Source: Craspedostauros australis
Taxonomy: Eukaryota
Length of the DNA stretch: 52,135 nucleotides
Direction of reading: 5' to 3'
NCBI GenBank assembly: GCA_030167865.1
Contig: JALAGF010005804.1
Location: 1-52,135 of the forward strand
Shown here: piece by piece, positions 21,377 to 32,770 of the stretch
Layout: every line of letters starts with the position of its first letter
Position numbering within the stretch: position 1 is the first letter of the stretch
The notes under the pieces: model-generated
The model's input: only the letters and a program-made list of their open reading frames with translations
The model's database searches: none
What the model was told of the DNA's origin: nothing
Program-made: the position numbers and the translations under genes

Positions 21377-23873
21377 CGGTCTGATTTGGTTGAGTGAACA
21401 ACGCTGTTGCGTACTGGTGAGTGTTTGTGAGTGTTTGCACGAGTGGAGGAGGTGGTTTGGTCGAAGTGATGACACTGCTACTGCTACTGCTGCCGCTGCT
21501 GCTGCTGGCGTTGTGGCGTGATCAACTCCGTTGGTTGTATGATAGAATGCGACAGAATGCTCACGTGAGAGTGAGTCGCAGTCCACTGCTCGAAGCGAAT
21601 GGGAGATACGGGGAGAGTACTGTGTGGAGAAGAGCAGAGGAGAGACTCTTCGTGTTGTGAGTGGCAGTGTTGTCTTGCGCTGTACTCGAATTCGTGCTTG
21701 TGCTCGCACTTGTGCTCGTAATTGTTACTGGAATTGTGTGGATGATAGTTGCTGTTGCTGTTGTTGCTGTCTTTGCGGTTTGTGACCTGCGGGAGATACT
21801 GTCACGGTTCGACGAGAACGAACAAAGAAACCGAGGGAGAGTCGCGGACGGCAACAAACACGGAGGTTTGTGCGTGATTTGTATGGTGAGTGATACCGAG
21901 AGGTCGGCATGATCGCGCGATAGTCATGGAACCGTGGCTTCGTGTTCCTATCCTGCAATTGAGAGCGCAAGGTGGTCACGTCTGTGTCGGGTGCCCCACG
22001 TTGAGTGCATGTTGAGCACACGCAGATCGTTTGTACCAACATCTGCCATCACGGCACGAGTCTTGGAGGCGGAGACGTGACCTGGACATAACAAACCCTT
22101 CCGGTGAACTGTTAAATGTCCGGAATTGTGCTGTCGCATTGGCATGTTCTCCATAATTGACAAAGCCAAAGAACAGCCTCGTTGACAACCAATCCTCACG
22201 TGACCACGAGTTGGCTCCGCCATTCTCACTTTTTTGCCCTCTTCGGTTGTGCCCAAGCACAACGATTTCCACAATAAAACGGCGGGGCAGGCTCATTCTG
22301 ACGTTGTATTTCGTTCTTTGCGAGATGGTTGGCATTGCGAGACCACACCTCAAAGTCGCAAGTGCAGGGTGAGATGTCGTTATCTGTCGAGCACCAGAGA
22401 ACATAATGCTGTATCTGATGGCCGTTGCATGTGGACTCCAGTTTCATCGTATGTCTGCCACATCACGACTTTAGCTCCCGCGTCAACATTCTTTGAGAGA
22501 ACCGAAGATGGCAAACAATGACCTCTTTGGCTTGATTGACCTCAACTGAGTTCGGTTTGGATTGTCGGGGCGTTTGCAATGTTGGCAGACGAGCGCCTCA
22601 CAAATAAGCCAAGCAAATGGATCTCTCAAAGGAGCATACATGCGGGCACAATGAAGAGTGCCCTAACTCGCACTCTACAATGCAGTATGCAGAGAAGCAG
22701 CTGAGTCTATGTTCATCTCTCATCGTCGCACGGGTACGCGTTATCCGAACCAGAGCATAAAAATCCTCACACCAATTCCACTCTGGAATCAACGGTTTCT
22801 CGCTGCGCAGGGCCTTCAACGTCTTTTGTTTCGTTTCGTTTCGTCTTCAAGTATTGCCGTTCGCAAATGCCCGTGCTTGACACCACGTACAATACCGTGC
22901 ATGCGGCATTTCCATATGTATGGCAGTGGTGGCGCTTCAGAGAACGGAATGGTCAACGAAAGTGAGAGAGCGCACAGGTACGATCTGGAGCGGTGCCAGA
23001 TATAATACTATTCGTAACGATCAAAGATTGGCACCAACGCAAACTCTTTTCGTCAGTGCGATGGAGAGAATCATCGATCTCTTCCCTTCACAGCTTTCTG
23101 TGGTCAGCGAGACACGCACTTGGTTTCCCTTGCGACTGCCATGCTTGTTTCCAGTACTCCACCCGCTGCTCTCACTCATTCGTCCTGTCCGCCCGCCTCT
23201 GATGCGGAGGTGCTGCATGATTGTATTTGTACGCTGTCGATGCCGCGCACAATCGTAGCTGCGTGCAAGACGAGGGCCCAACAACAAACGATGGCCGCAT
23301 GCTTTCGCGCGTTGCACCACACACGTGATGGCCTGCCTCGCGCCACCTTGTTCACGGACCAATTTGCACGCAGCGGGAGACGAACGCCGAGAGAACAATC
23401 GCAGAGCTTTGCAAGCGTAGACACGCCAACGCCAAACTATCGCCTGTGGCATGAACGGTTCGCTGCTCCAAACCTGCGTTTGCTTCCGGTAGAAGAGCGA
23501 TCCCCGCCAAGTAAGGAAACCGGAGGGCAATCGGCTGTTTCATCAGCAGCCACGCGGGTTATGACTCGGCGTTTGTGTCCTTGTGACTGTTTGTTTCTCT
23601 GCCGTTCGTGACTGTCTGTTTGATGTTTGCGGAATTAATAGAAATGAAACTGACAAAACAATCGACCTCCACGATTCCACAACAGCAACAATATAGTACG
23701 ACTACTACGATTCCGTCTATTCAGATGAATCGATCAACTTGAGCCTAACAAAGCTCGGATGCGAAGCGAACCCAAAATGGCGTCTATGACAGTACCGTGC
23801 CACACAAGACACACATGTAGACTTTTCCAACATCATAGTTGTACTTCAAAACTTAGTTCATTATTCTACCCAC

Positions 23874-25448
23874 TCACTTCACCCACAGCTTGCGCCTGGT
23901 GAGCTTGCGACGACGTCGCGGATGCGACAGAAGGGAGGATGTGGGGGTTGGACGACGCCTCTTCTTGGTTGGTTCGTAGAGGGTCTTGCTCGGAGACGGC
24001 TGCGCGTCATCGTCATCGTCGCTGACCTCCTTGGCGAGGTGTGAGAACGGGCTGACGATGCGGCTGTTCGTTGCGCATGGCGATGATAGTGCCACGATGT
24101 TCTTGGCTGGACTGAGGCAAGGTTCCGGCTTGTTTGCGGCCTTCGCGATGATAGCGTCACCGAGTGCCAGCCGCCGTGCGAAGCAGACGCCCGCGTGGCT
24201 CGATTCCCTGGACGCCTCCGCAATCTGCCCTTCGCATTGATCCTGAGACGATCGTGCGTCATCTTGGGCCTTGAGAACATGCTCCGTGTGGAGCCTTCGG
24301 ATTTGGCCGATGCCAACGCAGAAGAACGGTTCGATGCCGCGCGCAAGGCCCTTCAGGACCAGCGGTTTGGACATGATGGCGTTGGCTCGAGGCTTGGTCT
24401 CGCGACACAGATCGATCTCATCTTCGAGCGTCTTGCGGGTTCTGCGCCGCGTTGTGTGGATGGCTTCGATGGCGGGGTCTTTGGGAGCCGCGGTTGGCGA
24501 TGGTGGCTTGTAGGTGGCCGCGATCGCGCGTTGACGGCGAAGAATCTTTGCGCGTTCCTGCCTTGTCCACCAGATCTGCGTTTTGAGCTCCGCGATGTCT
24601 TCCTTGGACAGGGAGGAGGAGAAGGACCGTGTGGGGTAGATCTTGGATGGGTCTGCGAACAACGATGTAGGCGTTTGGTGTTGTTGTTGTTGCGAGGAGG
24701 AGGAGGAGAAGCGGACCCGGCGCGATGGTGCCGCAGCGTCCATGGACTGCTCGCTGTTGGTGTCGAAGACGATGGTTGGGCACTGTGCGTGAAGGGCAGT
24801 CTGTCCCAATGCCTCCGTCTCGTCAAACACGGTGTCGTCGTCGCTGTCGTCGCCATCAGTTGATGGGACAGTAACAGCAGTCGGTGGAGCGCTGCGCGCA
24901 GAGAAGTGCTTGGCGAGAATGGGACTGCTGATGGTTGCGTCATCCTCGTTGTCGGATAAAGTGGCTTCGCTGTCATAGCCCTGATCAGCGTTGGCGTTTG
25001 CGTTGATGGCATTTGTACTCGTGCGTGGATCGTGCGATTCCGATGTTCGCTCAGCGAAGGTGGACGTGGAAGCAACATCACCTGAGTCGTTGTTGTCTCC
25101 CGCTTGGTGTGGGTGTTGCTCTTGCACGAACAACTTGGGCTGTTTGCGGCACAGTCGCACAGAAGCGAAGGAGTAGGACGCAGCGTATCTCACCCTTCTG
25201 GCTTTGGTCTCTATCGCCGACGGTGGTGGTGATGGCGATACTTTGGATCGAGATGATCTCGGCAGAGAGCGACGGCGACCAGGACTGCTGCCGTTGCCAC
25301 AAGCAGTTCGCTTGATGCAGCATCGTTTGCTCTGCGGCGATGACATGTTGAAGAGGATTGGCGAGCCACGTTCAGTGACTGTTGCAGGACTGCGAACTGG
25401 TGTGTTTGTGGCACTGCGGCTGTCTGACATGGAATGATCGCGGTTCAT
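23874..25448 (-). CDS. Diatom-type hypothetical protein (VRF...WWT..E...RGIE...VL.AQ family)
   Basis: Long ORF with a disordered Ser-rich N-terminus. It then shows the motif series RRVRFS, IWWTRQE, ARGIE, VLKAQ and FARRLALGDA, typical of an expanded diatom family of unknown function. The C-terminus is basic and NLS-like (KKRRRP, RRRRK). Confidence 0.7.
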   Translation of the reverse strand: MNRDHSMSDSRSATNTPVRSPATVTERGSPILFNMSSPQSKRCCIKRTACGNGSSPGRRRSLPRSSRSKVSPSPPPSAIETKARRVRYAASYSFASVRLCRKQPKLFVQEQHPHQAGDNNDSGDVASTSTFAERTSESHDPRTSTNAINANANADQGYDSEATLSDNEDDATISSPILAKHFSARSAPPTAVTVPSTDGDDSDDDTVFDETEALGQTALHAQCPTIVFDTNSEQSMDAAAPSRRVRFSSSSSQQQQHQTPTSLFADPSKIYPTRSFSSSLSKEDIAELKTQIWWTRQERAKILRRQRAIAATYKPPSPTAAPKDPAIEAIHTTRRRTRKTLEDEIDLCRETKPRANAIMSKPLVLKGLARGIEPFFCVGIGQIRRLHTEHVLKAQDDARSSQDQCEGQIAEASRESSHAGVCFARRLALGDAIIAKAANKPEPCLSPAKNIVALSSPCATNSRIVSPFSHLAKEVSDDDDDAQPSPSKTLYEPTKKRRRPTPTSSLLSHPRRRRKLTRRKLWVK

Positions 25449-28296
25449 TGTGGCTGCTCTGCTCTGCTCAATGATGCTCAATGCTCTGCTTGGCTTCCTA
25501 TTTACCTTCTTCTGATGTGCGTTGCCGTGGTTTGCTCTTCCCACGCTGGGATGGTTCAAATCGATTGGATTGGATCGGGTCGAGTGATGGAGAGTTGTCT
25601 GTGGTCTGCAGACGGACTCAGTTCCTTTCTACCGCACTACACTAATGCGTACCACGCTGAATGCGATGGAGTACTCTACTCTACTCTAATGTATGCGATG
25701 CGATCACGATGATCGTTCGTTGCAATGGAGGCAGTCTGGGAGGCACGCAACACAGAACTTCTTCGGCTGAACAGGTTCCTTTGCGAAGCAAATGTTGTTG
25801 TCGTTGCTGTTGGTGTAGGCGTTGCAGTGCAGCGTACGAGTATCGGTGTGTGCTGTTGAGTGTGTGTGTGTGATGGCTGACGAATGTATGGTTAGCTGCT
25901 AAGTTGGATGTAGCTGAGGATGTGGATGTGAATGTAAGTGAGGTTGTGGTGTTGTTGCCGTCGTGAGCGGTGATTCATGTTTGGTTGTTTTGTGCATGTG
26001 CAAGTGTGTGTACATGTGTGTGTGTGCTGTGTGCGTTGTGGAGTGACCTTGTGCTGTTGTGTTTGCACTACCTTGTCTGCTTGATCGCTTGTTTGGTTGT
26101 TTGTTTGCTCGTGCCGGACCGACTCCTTCGCAAGTGACCGCGCTGCGTTGTGCAGTTTGGTGGAGTCGGTTGGTTGGTTGGTTGCTGCATGGGATTACAT
26201 GGTGTTTGTCTGTGTGTGTTTTTGGTTGGCGTGGTCGGTTGATCAATCGCAGGGATAAGACAGTTGACGTGCTTGTCGAGTTGTTTGGTCAGTTGGCCCG
26301 ACCAGGTTTGGTCTCGTTTCGTTTTGTTTCGTTGCGCTGCGTCGTCGCCGTTCGCTGCTTTGCTTTGGTTGGTTGGTTCTTTGCTTCTGCCTTCCCCTTC
26401 CCTCCTTCTCGTCGTGGCGCATCCCTCCCGTTCTCAGCCAGTGTGTGCCCTTTTGCGTGTGTGCGTTGTCTTCGCTCGCTCTTCTGTCCCAAAAGGCACA
26501 AAAGACACGGCAGTTACGTTACGAGTAGTTTTGCGTCGTGCCACGCGGACACGGCGCGCGAGTGCTGAGTGTTTGTGTGTGGATGTACACCGTCATGCAG
26601 AAAGGCGATAGCATTGCTTTTTGCGCCATTCCTGTTTTTGGTTGCATGTCACCATCGCCACCGCCATTACTCGTGACAACACGCGCATCCAATTCATTGG
26701 TTTTGGCTTCGACGCTCGACACAACACGCACAAATGAAGGAGGGCGGAGAGAAACTGAGAGAGACCATCTCCGCTTTCTCTCTCTCTCTGTGTCTGTTCC
26801 GGTGTCTTGGCGTGAACGCAAGGGTCGTCCGCACACTGTATCCCTAGCAGAGTCATGAACATCGTATCTATATGATATTTGCGGCAATATTTCTATTGGA
26901 TCACAATTTTGATTGAAACACATTCAATAATGTGAGTCCAGACACAATAATATACATAATTTAACATTACCGTTATGTTCAATAGACAAGTCAAGACCCT
27001 TTTACTCGCCACGACACGCTAGGAATAAGTAGAAATTCCCCTTCTTGCCACATCACATCGCTGATTCCGGTGCCCAGCAAACCGTCGAAAACGACCATGG
27101 GGCTGATGATGCGCGGACAATGCTGCAGCAGATGGCGCAACGTTGTGTCAACGCACGCAACGACAAAATTATCGTTCACACGAGCGGAAGCGAAGCGTCT
27201 CTGGACCACACACAAGGCGTCCGTTTGGGCGCTCTTGCTTCGGAATTTTGTGCGGCGTCAACAACGTGACGAATCCTTGCGGGGGAGAGAGGAATTGGAT
27301 TTGCTTCTTGTCCACAGATCGTAAAATACTTCTCCACACACTCCACTACTCTGCGTCAACAACACAAAGCGCAAGAGGAATCAACTCACCAGCACACACA
27401 CACTACGCAACGTGCCGTAACACGACGTGATGGAAGTCATGGGATTGCGTTGCCAAGGAACACTCGCACAGCCAAGAACACCCGCACCACGACTTCCATC
27501 ACATGGGTTTCACAAACCCAACGAAGGGAAGAGAAGGCGCACGAACCGTCATCGATGCAAAACTGAACCCTCGCAAACACACAAAGGGAGCCTTCTGATC
27601 GTGTCTCCGGCCATCCAATCAGCATCGACGATGACCTCCGCCAAAAACGACGCGCGTCCTTTGACATCTTCACGAATACTTGCGCCCGCAGACCTGATTC
27701 GAAGTCTTTTCGGCATCCTTCTTCTCTCTTCATCTTCGTTTGATGTCAGTGCGCGAATCTACTTGAGCTCCTTTGCTTCATTCAGTTTCGTGCTTGTGCA
27801 AGAACCGACATGATGCCTGCAGCAACCATGCGAAGATCGCACTAGACGAGTGCACGGTTGCAATCCAACGTTTGATTGAGGAGGATTACCTGCACCGCGC
27901 TGCTTGGTATTGTCCATGTTCATGTTGTTTGGATACATGATGAGGATTTATAACTTCCATAGTCTATGAGAACCGCTTCCGACTCGACCGAGATACAAGT
28001 CATCTCTCTTGACACGATGAACAAGGCTACGTGCGATTCGCCTGTCATGGTATCTTCATCAACTTTCGTGATCTGTCTCTTGGACTGGAGCAACACATGC
28101 TTCCTCCGTGCTCATGCTATTATAAAAATGCGAGATGGTACAAATACGCTGATCCGCCATAATACTGTACGCTGGCAAGTGATGTAGAAAGCGGAGGAGA
28201 GCAGATTGAACTTGACTCCAGTGGGCATGATCGTGCACGGAATCTCTATCACTCTGCCATACAAGTTACTGTATTGCATTATTCCATACTTGTACT

Positions 28297-29124
28297 CTAA
28301 TCATCCTCATCCAGCTCGTTGAGGGCAAGAGTCGATGATGTGTCCGGTGACATGCCATCGAACAGGCCCGGTGGGATTCCGCTGGCTCCAGCATCACCTG
28401 CGCCTCCCATCATGGACTGCATGAGGTCGTTCGAATCCATGTTCTCGTACATCTTGGCGGCGGCCTGCATGGCCTCCCTCCACGCCACTGGATCATTCAG
28501 CAATTCCTCCATGCCAGGCATGCTCCCCATCATGGACTTCAGCATGGGATTGCTCAGGATCATCTGACGCGATTGCTCCAGCCGTTCCGGATCGTTCATC
28601 ATCTCCTGGAACATGGGCGATTTCATGAGGGTGGACATTTGTTCCATGGATTCGGAGAGACCGGCACCGCCAGCACCACCGCCCATCTGCTCGACCATCT
28701 CATCCAGCTTGCTCGTGTCGATGCCCGATTCGGCCAGCTTCTCCTTCATCTGGTCCATCAACGCATCCGTTCCCGAAGCTGGTGCCGCAGCCGCGGTTGT
28801 GCTCTTGGATTTGGACTTGCCGCTCGATTTCTTTTTGCTGCTGGGCACCAAATTGAGCTGATCGCCATCCTGCACACCGACGTCGCTGAGGACATCCGAC
28901 TTGGACAGGCTCTTGCCGCTGAACAGCACGCGGCCCTGCTGCTTGGGGTCGACGCCACTGACATCGGAGAGGCGTTCCTGCAGCTCCTGCACGGTGGCGA
29001 CGCCGTCGGGGATTTCGTACTTCTTGCCGCGCAAGGTCACGGAGAGGTTGGTGATGGGCGACGCCGCCAACGCAACGAACGTGGCGAAGCCGGACAGGAT
29101 GGTGCAAGCGAATGCGGTCTTCAT
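28297..29124 (-). CDS. Ubiquilin/Dsk2-like protein (UBL + STI1) with N-terminal signal peptide
   Basis: Signal peptide MKTAFACTILSGFATFVALA. UBL domain: TVQELQERLSDVSGVDPKQQGRVLFSGKSL...LSDVGVQDGDQLNLV. Met-rich STI1 motifs: MKSPMFQEMMNDPE, NPMLKSMM and LLNDPVAWRE. No C-terminal UBA. Confidence 0.85.
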   Translation of the reverse strand: MKTAFACTILSGFATFVALAASPITNLSVTLRGKKYEIPDGVATVQELQERLSDVSGVDPKQQGRVLFSGKSLSKSDVLSDVGVQDGDQLNLVPSSKKKSSGKSKSKSTTAAAAPASGTDALMDQMKEKLAESGIDTSKLDEMVEQMGGGAGGAGLSESMEQMSTLMKSPMFQEMMNDPERLEQSRQMILSNPMLKSMMGSMPGMEELLNDPVAWREAMQAAAKMYENMDSNDLMQSMMGGAGDAGASGIPPGLFDGMSPDTSSTLALNELDEDD

Positions 29125-30127
29125 GGTGTGCTGCGTGTGCTGTGTGTATAGTGGGCTGTGTGTATGGTACTGTTGTGCTACTTGTCCAAAGGATGGATCA
29201 GTCGATGGTTTGTGTGTTGGTGCGATTGCGTTCGGTGTCAGCAGTGGTGGGTGGGATACTCTGGTTGCAGTTCTCGATTGTGTGTGTGTTTGAGACCATC
29301 CCAGTTTCACCCAGCGTGACACCGCGTAGCCCTGTTGATGGATTCACATGACGCGTGGAACTGGAGATCAACTGACGACAGCCAGAAATTGCATTGATGG
29401 GAAGATACCGTGACCAAAACAACAACGACAACAATGCTCCACAATCAAGTCATGGATCAATAGGCAGCTTGAGGAGGAGGATAGTTCGGACGGGAGGCCA
29501 CAATCACTCGTCTACTCCACAACAAATGAGCGATCTGTAGGTATTGCTCCTGCGAAAACAACATGGCTATATGATATTGGCAGCGTCGGATCGATGGCGT
29601 GTTTCTCGGTAGAATAGCTTAGCCTTTATTTTACGATACATTGTTGTGGAGTGGGTGCGTGAATCGTATTATCATACTGCACTCGCAGTTGCTGCAATAC
29701 AAGTACTCATGCGCAAGTGGTTGGTTGCTGTGCAGATCATTCTCAAATGCTCGAGAAGGATGTCGAAGTGCTCTCTTCCACTCGCATGCTGATAGGAAAG
29801 AGATTCGCAGCTCCGGACATGGTTGTACGGAGAGCTTCACTTGTCCTGTGTGGCACGTTCGGATGAATCTCGACCAATGGCGTATCATCGTCGTCGTCGT
29901 CGTCGTGGGCATGCAGAGCAGAAAAAAAGTGGACGCCGTCTACGCCACTGCTTGCGCTTGATCTGTGTTCGCCCTTGCTTCCTCCATTCCTCGCCTCTTC
30001 CTCATAGCAAGTAGGAGCAACACATTGACGCGAAGACGGCGATTGCGCATCGGAGCCATTCACAGAAGCACACCACCGCACAGCACCGCACAACCTTCCA
30101 AAGTCGCACACCACATGGAAACAACCT

Positions 30128-30841
30128 TTACATGTATCCCTGGTATCCGAACAAGTTGTCGTAAATGCCGCGTCCGTTCACCTGTTCCTGCGCCATCATG
30201 CCGAAGAACGCAATCATGGCAAGCCGTCCATGAGACAGCTCCTTGGACTGCATCGTCTTCCATTCGTATGCATCCCTTGGTTTCAAGCCCAACGGGTCGA
30301 AACCGAGATCACCGGGCGCGAACGACGCACGCAACAATCCCGGCCGATCGATGGGAACATTGCCGGGCTCCACGAAAGCGATCTGCGCACGGATCAGCTC
30401 GGCGTTGGCAATCACGAACAGCAATCCCAGCCAGAAAGGGACCGGCACCTGCTCGGGATGCGTGATGGCGGGACCGGAGACACCGAACAGGACGGATCGC
30501 GGTGTCGCCACCGCCTCACCCGCCAGCACACCCACGACGGCCAGCATGGCCACGCGGCCGTGCGTGATCTCAGCCTCGCGGTATCGTTTCAAGGTGTCGG
30601 CATCGGCCTGTCGTGAGAATCCGAGCGGATCGAAGAAACCCAGCGGCGCAATTGCTCCCGGCAAGCCTCTGGCATCATCGAACGCCGATGCTCGCAGCCG
30701 ACATTCTGACGTCGACGATGGGGCAGATCCGTGCGGTGCGACGAAGGCTGAGGCGGAACCGGTGGTGGCGGCGGCGGCTGTCAACGTTGCGAGAGACACG
30801 GCAGCGAGCAAGGCCACGGAAGAAGCGATGGCGGTCTTCAT
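30128..30841 (-). CDS. LHCX: Divergent LHCX/LI818-type light-harvesting protein
   Basis: ASAFVAP cleavage motif, then GFFDPLG, LKRYREAEITHGRVAMLA, SGPAITH, PGDLGFDPLGLKP and KELSHGRLAM. Confidence 0.9.
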   Translation of the reverse strand: MKTAIASSVALLAAVSLATLTAAAATTGSASAFVAPHGSAPSSTSECRLRASAFDDARGLPGAIAPLGFFDPLGFSRQADADTLKRYREAEITHGRVAMLAVVGVLAGEAVATPRSVLFGVSGPAITHPEQVPVPFWLGLLFVIANAELIRAQIAFVEPGNVPIDRPGLLRASFAPGDLGFDPLGLKPRDAYEWKTMQSKELSHGRLAMIAFFGMMAQEQVNGRGIYDNLFGYQGYM

Positions 30842-31019
30842 TGTCACGCTGGCACAGTTTCTATTGCTGATGCTGTGGATGGTGATGTCCCTGGTGTCCG
30901 TGCAGGTGGCGTTGTTGGCAGCGTCTGCGTTTCTGATGGAATACGTCGAGAAGTCTCAAGAGTGGTGGCGGGTTCGCGGGTGAGACGACTGATCGGCGGT
31001 CGTGTCGGAGCAGGATGAT

Positions 31020-31740
31020 TGACGTTTCTGTTGGGCTGTCCAAGTAAGATCCGTGTTGTTGTTGTGGAGCTGCGTGTTTCGTCTGGGCAGTGCTGTTCGT
31101 CCCACCTGTGTGGTTGCTGTTGCTGACGACTCTGTCGCGTGTTGAACGTTGGCGTTCTTGATGTCATCCAGCAAACCGCTGTGACGTTTGTGTTGATGGG
31201 TCGGCTTGATCGTTCGCCTTGACGTCATCCGAAACGTCTTCGTCGCGGACATCGTTTGTTCGTTGGTCGGACCCACAGACAAGGGGCGACATTCAGTCCA
31301 GATGGTTCGGAGTATTTATTGTCCGTCTTTGTGCCTGTGTTGTTTCGGGGAAACGTTTGTCGTGTTGGTGTGGAGTGCTGTTCGATTGCATGACGTCATG
31401 TTGATGGCTGTGTTGTTCGTTGTCAGTATTTCCCACCTGTTTGTGGATCTCTGTTGTCGCGACAATACGAACCACCACAACTCAATTGCTGTGCGAGGGA
31501 CTAATAAGTCCGAATAGTGCACTACTGAGCTGTACCGACCAATCACAAACCAGAAGAGAGGAGACGTCAACCCGAACTTCTCCAATCAAACTCCGCACAT
31601 TGCCAATGACACACGTCATCGTCCCATCCACCCAATTCCTCTGCTGACTCCATCGCACACATCACCTCACTTTCCCATGTCAGAAGATTCCAAACGAATG
31701 TGGAATCGAAATGAACGCGAAACAGAAACGTTTCACGTGA
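31020..31740. promoter_or_regulatory. Divergent LHCX promoter rich in TGACGT/CRE elements, with a G-box and CCAAT boxes
   Basis: TGACGT occurs on either strand at 31020, 31182, 31220, 31391, 31564 and 31613; the sites at 31220 and 31391 are full TGACGTCA palindromes. CACGTG is at 31734, and there are three CCAAT motifs in about 31539-31607. Confidence 0.6.
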
Positions 31741-31959
31741 TGGCTCACGACCATTCGATGTCTCCATCTCTGATGTGTGGTGTTGTTGACGGTGTGAACA
31801 TGTACCAACTCTGTGCAACCTCACCGCATCAAACAGGAAACACACGACAGCACCACACGCCAAACCAAACATCCACCTCTCACCTCCATCCTCTCATAAA
31901 ATCAACAACTTGACCAACACTCGATCAATCCAACCCACAACCCACACCCAACAACAACC

Positions 31960-32770
31960 ATGAAGTTCACTGCCACCCTCATCGCTGCCCTCGCCGGTTC
32001 CGCCGCCGCCTTCGCTCCAATCCAGCAGTCCACCTCCGGATCTGCCCTCAAGGCCACCGCCGAGCTCCCAGGCGCCATCGCCCCAGTCGGATTCTTTGAT
32101 CCACTCGGATTCGCCGAGAAGGCCGATGCCAACACCCTCAAGCGTTACCGCGAGGCCGAGCTCACCCACGGACGCGTCTCCATGCTCGCCGTCCTCGGAT
32201 TCCTCGTCGGAGAGAAGGTCGAGGGATCTTCCTTCCTCTTCGATTCCCAGATCAGTGGACCAGGCATCACCCACCTCTCCCAGGTGCCAGCCATCTTCTG
32301 GGTCCTCCTCACTGTCGGAATCGGCGCCGCCGAGACCCGCCGTGCCGAGATGGGCTTCGTTGAGCCACAGGCCGTCCNNNNNNNNNNNNNNNNNNNNNNN
32401 NNNNNNNNNNNNNNNNNNNNNNNNNNNCCAGATCAGTGGACCAGGCATCACCCACCTCTCCCAGGTCCCAGCCCTCTTCTGGGTCCTCCTCACTGTCGGA
32501 ATCGGCGCCGCTGAGACCCGCCGTGCCGAGATGGGCTTCGTTGAGCCACAGGCCGTCCCAGTCGACCAGGCTGGACTCATGCGTGAGAACTACACTCCAG
32601 GTGACATCGGTTTCGATCCACTTGGCCTCAAGCCAGAGGACCCAGAGGAGCTTGCCATCATGCAGACCAAGGAGCTCCAGAACGGACGTCTTGCCATGCT
32701 CGCCGCTGCCGGTTTCATCGCCCAGGAGCTTGTTGACGGAAAGGGAATCATTGAGCACTTCACCGCCTAA
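31960..32770 (+). CDS. LHCX: LHCX1-like protein, copy A (interrupted by an assembly gap with duplicated overlap)
   Basis: AAAFAP targeting motif, then YREAELTHGRVSMLA, EGSSFLFD, PGDIGFDPLGLKP and KELQNGRLAMLA. Bases 32247-32377 recur at 32428-32558 around a 50-N gap. Confidence 0.9.

Noticed and set aside
25780..26600. TG/GTT-rich low-complexity tract with Cys-rich ORFs
   Set aside because: This is CA-rich 5' leader or promoter sequence of the minus-strand gene; similar tracts precede most genes in the window.
31960..32770. LHCX copy A as a frameshifted or four-helix LHC variant
   Set aside because: The extra helix-2 segment and frame change coincide exactly with the N gap.
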